Assembly (NCBI GenBank): GCA_964016885.1
Contig: OZ024743.1
Coordinates: forward strand, 299,150,001-299,214,000
Direction: 5' to 3'
DNA length: 64,000 bases
Source: Eledone cirrhosa
Taxonomy: Eukaryota
The first letter of the stretch is position 1. Every line of letters starts with the position of its first letter. The position numbers were made by a program, and so were the translations under genes. Positions 1 to 13,984 of the stretch are shown here, one piece after another. Under the pieces are notes generated by a model that was given only the letters and a program-made list of their open reading frames with translations, ran no database searches and was not told where the DNA came from.

Positions 1-1390
1 TGGCTATATTCCTGAAAACCTTCTGTCCCAGTTTTCACAAAGGGAGACAGGCCCCTTGCAGTGAACTACCGTCCGATCTCACTGAGCTCTCATATCATCA
101 AGGTATTTGAGATGATGGTAAGATCACAAAAAACCTACTTTCTTGAAAGCAACAGACTGTTGAACTCCAACCAACATGGGTTCCGTAATGGAAGGGACTG
201 CCTAACGCAGCTCCTGCATTACTTTGCTGACATTTTGAGATCTTTGGGAGACGGCTCCAAAACTGATGTCATTTACCTTGATTTCAGCAAGGCCTTTGAG
301 AGGGTTGATCACAAGATTCTATTGAAATAATTATCCAACATTAGTGTCTCTGGAAAGTTACTGCAATGGATCAAGTGTTTCCTGATAGACAGAGCCCAAC
401 ATGTTGTAGCCGAAGGAATAAAATCAATCCCACCCAAAGTCATCTACATTAATGACATTGCTGACATCATCAAGCAGAGAAACATAAGAATCTTTGCTGA
501 TGATTCCAAGCTCCGGAAGGTCATCAATGTAGTGGGTGACCGGACATGCCTTCAGTCAGATCTACTGGCTGTTATCCAATGGGCAGAAAAGAACAATATG
601 CTGCTGAACGAGGATAAATTTGAGTTAATCCACTTTATAAAAGAGGATGACCTTCAGGTGAAATTCTCGTGGCATCCAACATGAGAGACTTGGGAGTAAT
701 TGTGGACAACAACGTAAGCTGGGCCACTTATATAAACAGCAATGTTGACATGGCCCGCAGAATGTATTCCTAGATTCTGAGAACTTTTTCTTCTCCAATT
801 TTACCAGATCCCACCTTGAATACTGTTGTCCACTGTGGTCTACTCACATCAAACAAGGTATGAATGATGAAGCACCTCAAAGATCAATTACAAAAAGGAT
901 AGATGGCATGAAAAGCCTTTTACTATTGGGGTGAACTAGAAAGGCTCAGACTTTATTCCCCCCAAAGACACCGTGAGCGCTATATCATCTGCATGATACG
1001 GAAAATATTCCATCAGCATTGCCCAAACGATGTTGGGATCAGCTTTAAGTTACACCCAAGGCATGGGCCCTGTGCTATCCGCCCACAACAAAAATCACAC
1101 TCGCGTCTCATAACAACATTATGACACAATTATTTCGCCTCTTTAACATTACACCAAAACACATTAAAATAGAAACAGACCCCATAAGGTTAAAGAAATC
1201 TTTGGACAAATTCCTTCAAGAAATCCCGGATAAACATCCTACACCTGGATATATTTCCGTAAACAATAACTCTCTACTTGACTGGACCATGGTGTCCAAA
1301 TTCTGATTTGAAAGGCGTCACCGGGTGGTGATATTAAGTTAGACATGGCTTGGGCCAACACTGGCTGAAACCTATCACCGTTATCAAAGT
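1..1390 (+). mobile_element. Degraded CR1/L2-group (Jockey superclade) LINE, 3' half of ORF2 (reverse transcriptase) plus 3' UTR
   Basis: ORF 61-330 has NYRPISL, NQHGFR and DVIYLDFSKAF RT motifs. IFADDSK follows at ~489-510, then LGVIVD-like and FKKSLDKFL-like C-terminal remnants. Many stops and frameshifts. Ends at (CA)n. Confidence 0.9.
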
Positions 1391-1481
1391 TATACACACA
1401 CACACACACACACACATACATATATATATAAATATAAGTAGGGTCGGAGTCACTGTCGCAGGATATATATAATTTTTTTTT

Positions 1482-1590
1482 GCCATATTACAATCGTTTT
1501 TTTGGCATACTACAATCGTTTCATTGGCATATTACAATCGTTTCATTGGAATATTACAATCGTTTTATTGTCATATTACAATCGTTTCAT
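1482..1590. repeat. 22-bp minisatellite (gcatattacaatcgtttcattg) x5
   Basis: Five contiguous near-identical units with no unique spacers. Confidence 0.9.
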
Positions 1591-1829
1591 ATGCTAATAA
1601 ATTTTATATATATATGCTGAAACAATGACTTCGATCTGACTTATTTTTATCTATACTCTGTACATTACAGCTGTCTTAACTCTGGAATACAACCCAACAG
1701 GAGACCTAACTTGTAACAGCATCGACTGTTTAGGTCGGTGAACCCCCTGTATATATTTTTATACTCACCTAACACACTCACACAAACACAGACGTACACA
1801 CATACACACACATACATATATATATATAC

Positions 1830-1938
1830 ACTGGCCTGTTGGAGATGCAGGATATGGCAGCGATAATGAGGGACAGAGACCGCTGGAGAGAACTCGTCCA
1901 TGGATCTCGGGAATTTTACCCGCCTTAGATACTTAGAT
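1830..1938 (+). mobile_element. 5'-truncated 3' end of the RTE LINE family found at 16-17.7 kb
   Basis: gacagagaccgctggagagaactcgtccatggatctcgggaattttacccgcc is the near reverse complement of 15963-16018. Confidence 0.8.
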
Positions 1939-1947
1939 GTATGTATG

Positions 1948-2007
<60 letters not shown>

Positions 2008-2011
<4 letters not shown>

Positions 2012-2168
2012 GAGTTCGATTCCCGGACCGGGTAATGCGTTGTGTCCTTGGGCAAAACACTGTATTGCACCTTGTTCTTTCTACCTGGAGTGGCGACCGA
2101 TAAAGAGTATTAGCAATCTGAAAGACCAACGGAAACATTGCTTCCTCGGTCCGATTTGACGGAAGTCG
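2008..2168 (+). mobile_element. tRNA-derived SINE with CORE-like segment, 5'-truncated
   Basis: B box gagttcgattcc followed by ttgtgtccttgggcaaaacact. Homologous to the reverse copy at 14615-14826. Confidence 0.75.
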
Positions 2169-2911
2169 AAAAAATATATATATATACACATATGCGTGCA
2201 TGTGTGTGTGTGCATGTGCGGGTTTGCACTCTATGTTTAAATTTATACTGGCTTACTGCAATCGTCCGACCAGCAATATATAATTTCAACCAACAGAGAT
2301 CGATGAAATAATTGATAGGCAGTCATAATTTGAGATAACTACTTTGTTTATATCGAATCTAAAAATGCAAGAATACCGTGGCTCTAGAAAATATACTTTA
2401 TTTAAGATAGTAGAGTATTGAATTTGCCAGATAAGCGCATGTGTGTTTATGTGTGTGTGTGTGTATGTATGTATATTATTCTCTCTTTCTTTTAATTATG
2501 TCTATATTTTTTACTGGCCACCTTCCAGGTGGCAACGTTTTAAATAAAAGGAAATCGCCGTCTATTATGCAAACGTTTGTCCTTTGAATCTTAAGAATAT
2601 TTCGCCAATTTTTAACGTTCAGATATCGCGGACATTTGTAACGATAAAATCAATTTGTAGCGATAAATCCAAGTCGAGTTATACAACGGTTCAGCAGGTT
2701 TTGGATGTGACCTGTAGTTCCAATAATATGTATAAAGGTGAACATGTGTCTTTGATTCCTGGATTTGCAAACAGCTCATCAATAGCTCTTAAATATCCTC
2801 CTGCTCTTACATTTGACATCAAGTGGAGAGCTGAAGTCTACAACTGAACATGTTTTTAATCTATGTATGTATGTATGTTCTTCTAGTTTAATATATGTAT
2901 GTATGTATGTA

Positions 2912-3768
2912 TGTTCTTCTGGTTTTAAAATTTCACAAATTCTTGCCAATAGAGAGAGAGTCGGTTTCTAACATAGATACAAGACTGTCTCATTGGAATT
3001 TACACATCATCAACTAGGTAGATATGTCTGCATGTCTGCATGCATGCATGTGTGTGCAGGTATGGATGTTATTGTATGTGTAGATGTTTTGAGTTGTATG
3101 TGTGCATGTGTTTACGCTTTGTATCTGTATATGTGTATATGCAGTTAGTAGATGCAACATTTTTGTAATGTTTTACATATTTTCACTGTTCTAATAATGG
3201 ATTGTACTTGTAATTTCCTAACTAGCCGTGTTCTTTCTGTTTCTGTGAAGCCTAGCTTCCTCAAGATTTGTATTGAGGCAGTTACTAACATATCCCAGTG
3301 CCCCAATAGACGCAGGCATACATCTGAAGGGATAGTCAGGGTGGAGTATCTGCATAAATATTCTCCTTTTCGCCAATCTTTGATATTATATTGGCATCTG
3401 CTGGGCAGCTAACTTCCACCACTGTGCATGTTTTGTTTTCCCTGTCCCATATCATTATATCTGGTCTGTTATGCTTGCATTTTATTGGGGTTTTACTGGA
3501 ACATTCCAACAGTACTCTTTCATATTATGTATATGTATGTCTTCCACATTGCTGTAGCTTTTAATGTGTTTATTATCGGGGCTCTCCTTTCTACGGATTG
3601 CATTGTACAGTGTTTTGGCCATACATCATGCCTCATAGGTAGATAGTACCGCGATGATATCTTTGGACAGCTGCTTATGACATGGGTGTCATCTTCGATA
3701 TTAATTCTGCAGTCTGCAACTGTTATCACATCTAAGTGTTTTGCCTGCATCCCTATCTATTTTGCATG
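2912..3768 (-). mobile_element. R4/Dong-type RLE LINE, 3' fragment (copy 1)
   Basis: Translation includes CRINIEDDTHVISSCPKISSRYYLPMRHD (CCHC plus RHD of the restriction-like endonuclease). Closely matches 35055-35930. The 3' end abuts (ATGT)n. Confidence 0.85.
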
Positions 3769-3769
3769 T

Positions 3770-3870
3770 AGCTTTGCCTTTCATCCTTACGTGGTCAATA
3801 AAATAAGTACCAGTAACACACTGGATTTGATTTAATCGACTTTCCCCTCCCCAAAAATTGTTGGCCTAAT
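3770..3870 (+). mobile_element. SINE central/3' fragment (Meta-domain-like)
   Basis: ctttgcctttcatccttacgtggtcaataaaataagtaccag is shared with the other SINE copies in the window. Confidence 0.7.
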
Positions 3871-4688
3871 AATATATATAAAATAAGTACCAGACATGAA
3901 CACGTATGTACTGGGTTCAATATGATGTATTAAAACAAGGCGGTGCCCTTCCCCACCATGTCTGCACTCTAATGAATCAGAAATACGAGAATTTATATTT
4001 ATAGATAAATCTATAAGTATATGTGAGTGTGCGTATTTATATATATATAACCCGAATAGGTTTGCATAAATAATATACACAGTCGTCGGTATATATACAA
4101 TACTCTTCAAGTGGATGGCTAAATTGATTATAGATTTTCTGGGCATAGAAAAGGAGTCAATAATTACATTTTGAATCCACATAAAATGTATAACATCCAG
4201 GCGTGTATAGGTTTATTCTGTGAACCGAAATAGTCTGGTCAATGTAGCTGACCGGAATTGTACTTCAGCACTACAGCAATCGCCGCTCACAAAGTCAGTA
4301 TTGATTGATTATTTAGGCGTTAATACAAAAAATCGTAGTTAAAATGAATATGATTGCATGGCTGTCATAGTCTTATCGTGAGTATTAAAGATGTTAGTGA
4401 AATGAATTGGTTTGAACAGGGAATAGAAATCGACACGCAAACTCATTCGGAACTTATATTTTGATATAATCAGATGTACATTAATACAAACAGAAGGATA
4501 AATACTACATACATAAACAAATGTATGCACGCATACAGAGGTACATACATAATTCATACATTCAAACACACACAGAGGCGAAAACATTGGAGAAATATAG
4601 GTATAAATATTGGTGAATAATTAGAGAAGGATGTATATATGAATCGACATAATATACAGATGCTTATATATGTATATATATATGTATG

Positions 4689-4747
<59 letters not shown>

Positions 4748-6157
4748 TTATACACACACACACTCACACACACACATATATATATATATAAATAAGTGCT
4801 CGCACGCGTGTAAATATATTATTGGGTAAGTGTACTTTTGTGTTTCAATCTCTGTATATAAAATATATAGAGAGTAATAGAAATAGAGAAATGCTAATAC
4901 AAATAACTCCTGACATTTTAAATAACACTATCGCAGCTTGCAACCTAAAAACCCAATTCATATTTATTTGATATCCATTTTCATTATAGTTTAAATTTGT
5001 TCTCTCATTCATTATAGCTATATATTCCTACATGAATTTCATATTTTTTTCACGGCGGTCATGGCAGTGATATATATACAAAAGTAAACCTTACATTTAC
5101 GCGTTAAAGGTTACGAAATAATTTTTGCCTTTTTGTGAAAACAAAATTTTAGAATTCAGAAATATAGATTCTAGGAGAAATCTAAAGAGTTGTCGTGTCC
5201 GAGGCAAGAATCGAATATTTCGAGTTCATGTTTCGAGTTTCTATTCTCAAAATTCTTATTATAGGCTAGGCCATGCTTCCTCTCTTACCAAATCACCAGG
5301 TTTAATTTCTTCCTATCACATTTCCTTTAAATATACATATATGTTAATGCCAAGATACAAAGTTCTAGGAAAAGAAAGCGAGAATGGTATCACATGGGTC
5401 TTTCTCCGCTGTAATTACAATATATATATGAAGTGAAATGTCTTCAGCTGAGAGGAAATCAGCTTGCAGAAATAGCTTGTTTGCAGCTTATCTCTTGATT
5501 CATAATATACATTACTGAGATAAGCACCTGTGTGATGGATACTCCAAGGACCTGTACACCCCAACGTAATTATACACATCTTGATAGCATTGGAAGGTAA
5601 ATATTTTGTATCTTTAACCCGATCACAGTGCAATACTTGCCAATGGATAAAATCGTAGATATTTACTGATATTTTGACATCATATCAACACAGCCAGCTG
5701 TAGTTCTACTTCTAAGTAGATTCCTCAACAGATATATATTGAGCGGTTTAGTGTGCAATATTCATATACTTATGATCCCATTCTATTTCTTATAATTCGT
5801 AGTCATAAAGAATTTGTAAAGAATTTTCATGATCATAACTGACAATACTTCACTATGGAGGTCCAATAAGATTGAAACATTTCAATTCAGGTACAGTTAA
5901 GAAAGATATTATATTTCCTTAAGTATTCAAAAAATGAACTCTCAATTTATTGAAATTATTTCGTCTTTACTTTTTGAGTATCCAACTAGAAATGATTCCA
6001 ATTCGTACAAAATTTGTGAAGATCACTCAGTTTATATATAATATTTATCTGATTTTGTTCCATTAACTTATTTCAGTCATTCATTTCCTTTTGTGAAATT
6101 CTCTCTCTCTCTCTCTTTGTATATATATATATATATATAAATAGCATAATATATATT

Positions 6158-6212
6158 TTTAGTATACGTATTTCACGGATACCAAATTATGGTATGCTTT
6201 CATCAGATAAAC
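6158..6212 (-). ncRNA. Type I hammerhead ribozyme motif related to the Hydra-type PLE 3' end
   Basis: Minus strand CTGATGA-aagcatacca/tggtatccgt-GAAA-tacgta-TA, with palindromic stem III. Stem I is weak. Homologous to 52479-52544. Confidence 0.65.
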
Positions 6213-6344
6213 TATAATGTTTGATGTATAAGATAGTGACATACCCGTATATTAGCCTTTACATTTGGCTTATATATATATAACTAACAAATAATTTTAT
6301 CGCTCTACATAGCTGAATACAAGAAATGTATACATGAATTTTTA

Positions 6345-6410
<66 letters not shown>

Positions 6411-6830
6411 TAAATAAATATATATATATGTATATATACATTTATATATATATAGCCATTCGATGGCATAATTGTGGTAGAGGTTCATGCACACTCGCAT
6501 GATCATCAGGCAAAAGGTAAAACTCCAAATTAACAAGGTTTACCTAATCGGTATTGAACACTTTTTCTCACCTCCATTAGTACATCCATTAGTACCCGGA
6601 TATATCATTATTTTCTTGTATATTTTTTGTTATATAGTTTGCGCCTTCGGTCAGTTCTCTTGGTGTCACATTTTATAACTACGGTGTTTAACTCTGGACT
6701 TAATGTTTGTTTTTTAGATTGATTGCTTTGTGTTTACCTCAAAACAAATCGATTTGTACTCGCAGTACTGCAGGTAAGTTCCATTTACAAATATCATTTT
6801 TCTACCCCATATCTCGTCTCTCTCTCTCTT

Positions 6831-7880
<1,050 letters not shown>

Positions 7881-7887
7881 CTATATA

Positions 7888-7951
<64 letters not shown>

Positions 7952-8033
7952 TACGTTATTCCGGGTTGAGTCGGAGGTAACCACAGTAAATAAGGTACTC
8001 AATACATAGCAGAGTATAAAAGTTTTAATATAG

Positions 8034-8097
8034 ATGAGATTCTACAGGACTAGAACTGTTTCATTCTAAAGAAGGAAACAGTTCTAGTCCTGTAGAA

Positions 8098-8103
<6 letters not shown>
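8034..8103. repeat. Perfect 29-bp-arm hairpin made from half of the HHR family at 56773
   Basis: Arms atgagattctacaggactagaactgtttc and gaaacagttctagtcctgtagaatctcat. The left arm is identical to 56771-56799. Confidence 0.9.
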
Positions 8104-8151
<48 letters not shown>

Positions 8152-8299
8152 TCCTTTCAACTAAACTGTATCCATTCAAATCTTTCTATTTTTCTCCGGA
8201 TTACCTTTGGAACTACAACTGGAACCGTCGAGCAAACTCTACGTGAGCTGATAATCTACTGTGTGTAATATTTATATTACAACACAACGGAAAATACTG

Positions 8300-8330
<31 letters not shown>

Positions 8331-8892
8331 AAGTATAATTAAAATTGAATATCCAATACCTTAGGTTTCGGTGACCGGTTATGGCCGTCGCTCTATAGTG
8401 TAGAAGACGTTTCAAGTTTCAATACTGGCTTCTGATCTGGCGCCAGGACAAATTATGAAACAAATTGAGCAAAACCCTGTCGCATTTTCTATCTATATAA
8501 CTCTGTTTGTTTTGTGACAACTAGTTTGGGATATAGATTCTCTATGTCCTGGCTAAGTGAATTAAAATTACTCTATACTTATTGCTATTTGTTATTAGTT
8601 ATAGCCTGGTTAGGTATGACCTACACCAGAGTGACTTACTCTTGACAAACTAAAACAAAAAATCGATATTGCCACAGAAAACTATAATTTATTTATTTCA
8701 GGGCATTTCCCCAGTGCTTCAGTATTTGTTAATATATGGATATGTATGTGTATTTGGCTGGTTACGTATATATATATGTATCTATATGAATGCACACACA
8801 CACACATATATATATAAATGAATATACATGTATAAATACATACACACACGCCCACGCACACACACGCACACGCACCCCCCCCCCCCCCACGC

Positions 8893-8938
<46 letters not shown>

Positions 8939-8948
8939 ACACACACAG

Positions 8949-8979
<31 letters not shown>

Positions 8980-9148
8980 GAGAGATAGATAAATATACAC
9001 GGGTGTGTATGATTGTGTATAGAAGATTATATTATTAAGCGGAATTCCAACTTAGTCTGATTTACTCGTTTTATTTACAATCCTTTAACATTTATAATGG
9101 TATTATAATGAAATAGTATGATAGAATATTAAATGTTATGTGTTAATT

Positions 9149-9185
9149 GAACAAGTACTTTCATGCTTTCGCAATCTTCAGGTTC
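9149..9185 (-). ncRNA. Minimal type I hammerhead ribozyme (left arm)
   Basis: Exact reverse complement of 9259-9295. Confidence 0.8.
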
Positions 9186-9258
9186 ATAATGTGTGGTGAC
9201 AGTCAAGTTTGCAATTTTCAACTGTGAAAAATTCAACTTGACTGTCACCACACATTAT

Positions 9259-9295
9259 GAACCTGAAGATTGCGAAAGCATGAAAGTACTTGTTC
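9259..9295 (+). ncRNA. Minimal type I hammerhead ribozyme (right arm)
   Basis: gaac-CTGAAGA-t-tgc(gaaa)gca-t-GAAA-gtac-TT-gttc. Stem I gaac/gttc, GNRA-capped stem II, palindromic AGTACT stem III. Confidence 0.8.
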
Positions 9296-9408
9296 AATTA
9301 ACACTTAACATTTAATATTCTATCATACTATTTCATTATAATACCATTATAAATTTTAAAGGATTGTAAATAAAACGAGTAAATCAGACAACGTTGGAAT
9401 TCCTCTTA

Positions 9409-9472
<64 letters not shown>

Positions 9473-9474
9473 AA

Positions 9475-9539
9475 AAAGGAAAAAGGAAAAAGGAAAAAGG
9501 AAAAAGGAAAAAGGAAAAAGGAAAAAGGAAAAAGGAAAA
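9475..9539. repeat. (GGAAAA)n hexanucleotide microsatellite
   Basis: About 10 direct units. Confidence 0.95.
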
Positions 9540-9599
9540 TAGGGAAGAGAATTTATATATTATCTTATTTATTTATTTATTCATAATCATACTCGGAAC

Positions 9600-10850
9600 A
9601 AAAGCCCTACCTTGGTTTTGGGGCCTAATATTTACCATATCTCCAGAATGTAAGCGGGATCAAAATTGTGATCTAATCTCAGGTGTTTATTCCGGGTTTA
9701 TAAGACACCGTTAAAAGTAATTCGTGATATAACGCTAAAATGTATTATAACCAAGGGAAATAACTCCAAAGTGTAAATTTGAAATAGCGAAATCGTACAC
9801 ATGGTAGTATGTAGTATAGAGATGGTTGTATTTATAAAGGTATAGAGTAGAGTAGTATAGAAGGTATACTGTATTTTGTAAGTATAGAAAAAGAAAGAAA
9901 AAGAAATGATATAACGGAAGTATATTAATCGAATTAAGGTGGTCGAAAATCAGTCAAATTTGTTGAATATTTTCACTTACCTAACAATTATCTTTTAGGA
10001 GTTCACATAATTATTATTCAGAGATACCAAACCTTGTAATATTCTAAATTTATTTCTAAGACAGAGACGACATCTCTTGGTACCATTGTTGTAGGACCTG
10101 GATTTTTCAAGTAAACGTATGTGAAACCTTTGTGTGTAATCTATGCGTCACACACAACGAAATTTTAAAATTAAATTTCTGTTGGAGAAATTCTCTTTAA
10201 TCCTATAAGAGCAGCTTGGATTAACGACGGGTATATTCTTTGCAGTAATATTTGATCTCATAGTCTGACCACATGTATAGAATATCTTGAGGGAATTGCG
10301 ATTAAATATTTTACTGTATCTATGTTGTGGTGGGAAATGTCTATCTATTAAATCTAAAATCTTCTTAATTAAATTAGTCTTTACTTTAAGGGAAAAGTGT
10401 TTTGCGAACCAGATAATTATTCTTTCTCTGTTATCAATTTTAGTATTGTTGGGAATGATTGGGTGTGTTCTTAATATTGTCCTTAAACCACTATCAAGGA
10501 GGTTTTGTTTGTTCTAAGGCGCAGGCTTATCGAAGCTCTCCCTGGCTGCTGATAGACTTGAGTTCCTATGACTAATATTACAAAGTTTTTTAAAACAGTA
10601 TGGGAGGGGCTGTGAGATTTTATTAATATATCTTAATATATTTTGGTTAGGCTTATGATATCATTTATACGAAACTGTGGTTTGGTTTAAGTTTATATCA
10701 AGTAATATTACAGTAATAATGTTCGTATCAACCGTAATTTTAACGGTATCTTATAAACTCATATATGTGCCTGAAGATAAAGTCACAATTTTGATTCCTC
10801 TTACATTCTGGAGATATCATAAATATTGAGCCCTAAAAATTTAGGTAGTG
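9600..10850 (-). mobile_element. Old Hydra-type Penelope-like element fragment with diverged inverted ends
   Basis: Minus strand ~10430-10235 reads RIIIWFAKHFSLKVKTNLIKKILDLIDRHFPPQHRYSKIFNRNSLKIFYTC, matching NIIW..PFSLNIKT...KRFPRTHKYHSIFNRHTIKLTYS of the 48.8-51 kb ORF. SYNNGTKRCRLCL lies near 10095-10058. 9610-9730 is an inverted copy of 10726-10845. Confidence 0.75.
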
Positions 10851-11164
10851 CATTTTTCCATCTAGTTATCTGGAACGTGAGACAACCTAAAGCCGAAGAC
10901 ACCCACAAAGCTAACAGTTCCTGGTCGATTTACAGGTTGAGAGCGTTGGTTGATATAGAAGTCAGGACCAAAAATGTGAAAAACTATGCGGTTCAACAGT
11001 AATCGATGATGTTGGACTGCTCTTCTTTTCGGATTATAGCTGTTGTCGCACACAGGCATTACTCGACATCCTAGCATCTTTGAACCATGCGTATGGCTGA
11101 CCGTAGCCTTACTAGGCCACCTGATGGCAAAACACTGTAAACCACTTACTGGCCTTTATATATA

Positions 11165-11355
11165 TATATATTTACAAATGACCACCTGAGCTGAGCAACA
11201 GTATATAGCCACAAAATTAAAAAAAACCCAAACAAAAACACCATTCCGATGTCAACACCTGTAAAAGTCTCTCCCAATATTACTGTACAACAAAGGCATT
11301 CTGATTTAATAACGATTTTCTCGGTAATTTCTATTTCATATAATATTTGTTGCTT

Positions 11356-11402
<47 letters not shown>

Positions 11403-11580
11403 CAAATGACCACCTGATCTGAGCAACAGTAAATAACAAAAAAAAAAAAATAAATAAAAACTAAAACACCATTCCTATGTCAACACCTGTAAAAGTCTCT
11501 CCCAATAGAACAAAGGCATTCTGATTTAATAACGATTTTCTCGCTAATTTTTATTTGACATATTTGTTGCTTTAGTTTTT
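11165..11580. repeat. Tandem direct duplication of a ~190-bp unit, each unit starting at (TA)n
   Basis: tttacaaatgaccacctga...atttgttgctttagttt at ~11171-11361 and ~11399-11578. Confidence 0.9.
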
Positions 11581-12293
11581 GCTGTTTGCAATCATACAGA
11601 ATTTATATGTTAGCTTCTGATGTAATTAATCACTAACATGGAATATGATATGAACATAATTATGGGAAAAGAAAACAAATTAAAGGAGGAAAAACTTATC
11701 ATAGTTGATGAGATTCGAAATTAACATCATTAATCATGTTTGTGCATCTGCATATTTTGCAGATTTCCAAAATTATTTTTTTGGATTTTACTAATTGCAC
11801 GGAAAACTATTTCTTTTTTATGGAATAAATTCATATTTGTGCGCCTGTGTGCGTTTAATGTGCAACCAAATATATGTGTAATTTCCATCCTTCAAATTGT
11901 ATGTGCTGTTACTACATATCGATCATTCCGGTCAAATGGACAGAAAAAATAAATAAAAATTATAAAAAAGAAAAGAAAAAGGAACATCATACCAGAACAT
12001 TATTATATTATTTTCAGTGATGCAAAATTTTCCCAAAATACATCAAAAGTGTGATATTCTCTCTGCCCGAAGAAAGACAAGTAATAATATTTTTTATAGA
12101 ATTTTATATTTATTTCATAATTAAAAAGTAAAACTTTGTAAAAGTTGGAATATCATCAGAGGCTTGATATTACAAGTGGATGTATATCATGTGAATCACG
12201 GAACAAGAATACATTAGCTGTTGCAGTAGTAGTAGCGGTGAGGGCATTTGTTTTGTATATATAAGAAATAGGGAGAAAGTTATAATCTTCTGG

Positions 12294-12327
12294 AAATTGA
12301 TATTTCTTTGGCTCAATGAGGATATAC

Positions 12328-12371
<44 letters not shown>

Positions 12372-12404
12372 GTATATCCTCATTGAGCCAAAGAAATATC
12401 AATT
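12294..12404. repeat. Perfect palindrome centred on (TA)n
   Basis: aattgatatttctttggctcaatgaggatatacat-(TA)n-atgtatatcctcattgagccaaagaaatatcaatt. Confidence 0.95.
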
Positions 12405-12514
12405 TATATCAAAATATATATATAAATATATATATACATACACACACACACATGCACACACGCACACACACACCCGCACACACACACATATGTGTGTGTG
12501 TATATATATATATA

Positions 12515-13625
12515 TATGAATAAAATTAGAGGAAGAAGACAGGACTGTCCGTCATCAGTGATCTTCCAGCCATCATCGGTATTTCTTCGCATTAAAGACC
12601 ATATACCTTAGGCTGGTGCGAGCAATAACTAAAAAAGTTATTGGGACAAGTAGAATTGGGTGAGAAAGCGAGACATGTAAACGAACAGAGATGGTAATGC
12701 AACGGAAAGAGAGGAAGAAAAGAAGCAAGTCCATGATATCTGTGAACTTAGGTTCGAGCAAATCGTGGACGAGTAGAGACAGACACGTCCAGACGCTCTG
12801 AAATGTGAGCGAGAAAAGGATTTCACACAGGTCAGACGGGAGGAACTGAGAGAGGGGGAGTAGCAGAGAGTGAGTGAGTAAAAGTGTGGGTCTACTTGTC
12901 CCAATAACTCTTTTTAGTTATTGCTCGCACCAGCGTGAGGTATATGGTCTTTAATGCGAAGAAATACCGATGATGGTTGGAAGATCACTGATGACGGACA
13001 GTCCTGTCTTCTCGCTCTAATTTTATTCATATGTATCCCATTTGCAACAACGCAGCACGCCATTTGCATTTTTCATTTATATTTTTCCCTCCGCTGCGAC
13101 CAGTCTGTTTCTTTATTACTGCTATCCTATTTCTCTCTCCTTGTATCTCTTACCTTCATTCACCCCCTCTACCAGTCACCCTCTCTCAGCTGGCCTCTTC
13201 CCCACGCTTTCACCCACTCACTCACTCTCTGCTACTCCCCCTCTCTCAGTTCCTCCCGTCTGACCTGTGTGAAATCCTTTTCTCGCTCACATTTCACAGG
13301 GTCTGGACGTGTCTGTCTCTACTCGTCCATGATTTGCTCGAACTTAAGTTCACATATATCACGGACCTGTCTCTCATTTTCCTCTCTTTCCGTTGCATTA
13401 CCATCTCTGTTTGTTTACATGTCTCGCTTTCTCACTCAATTCTACTTGTCCCAATAATTTTTTTTAGTTATTGCTCGCACCAGCCTGAGGTATATGGTCT
13501 TTAATACGATGAAATACCGATGATGGCTGGAAGATCACTGATGACGGACAGTCCTGTCTTCTCGATCTAATTCATATGTATCCCATTTGCAACAATGCAG
13601 CACGCCATTTGCCATTTTTTATTTA
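12515..13625. mobile_element. Non-coding ~550-bp unit in partial tandem plus inverted arrangement (PLE pseudo-LTR/retrozyme-like)
   Basis: 12891-13080 repeats directly at 13441-13625. 12515-12880 is the reverse complement of ~13215-13572. (TA)n on both flanks. Confidence 0.75.
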
Positions 13626-13738
13626 TATATATATACACACTCTTATATATAATAATTTTACAATGAGTAAATAATGACACTTGTTACACTGGAGTTTCAC
13701 CTGTTTATCACAGGGACACCAGACATCTACATACGGAT

Positions 13739-13771
<33 letters not shown>

Positions 13772-13984
13772 AAGAATGTGTTTTGTGAAAAATATAAACC
13801 AAATCTAAAACTATTAATAACAACAGGATAGAATGAGAAAACATAGTGCGATATGTCAGGTGACCAAAACAGCTGGAACCTGGAAAAATGTAAATGTGGA
13901 TCAAAGTTGTAACCAGTTAACACTTTAAAAACCTTTACTTGCTGTGGCATTTCAAACACCACGTGACTAAAACATATATATATA

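Larger units (their letters stand above)
9031..9413. repeat. Near-perfect palindrome with ~175-bp arms and an HHR in each arm
   Basis: 9031-9207 is the reverse complement of ~9235-9413, with few mismatches. Confidence 0.95.

Noticed and set aside
1482-1590. Regular 22-bp repeats resembling a CRISPR array
   Set aside because: Units are contiguous with no unique spacers, there are no cas genes, and the context is eukaryotic.
8352-8400. HHR-like motif on minus strand (CTATAGA...GAAACCTAAGGTA); similar case at 55336-55410
   Set aside because: The CTGANGA box is too degenerate to call. At most these are decayed relics.
10862-11145. GC-richer coding-like patch (also 2640-2850 and 5440-5640)
   Set aside because: No motif could be recognised with confidence and there are stops in most frames. 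It needs BLASTX.
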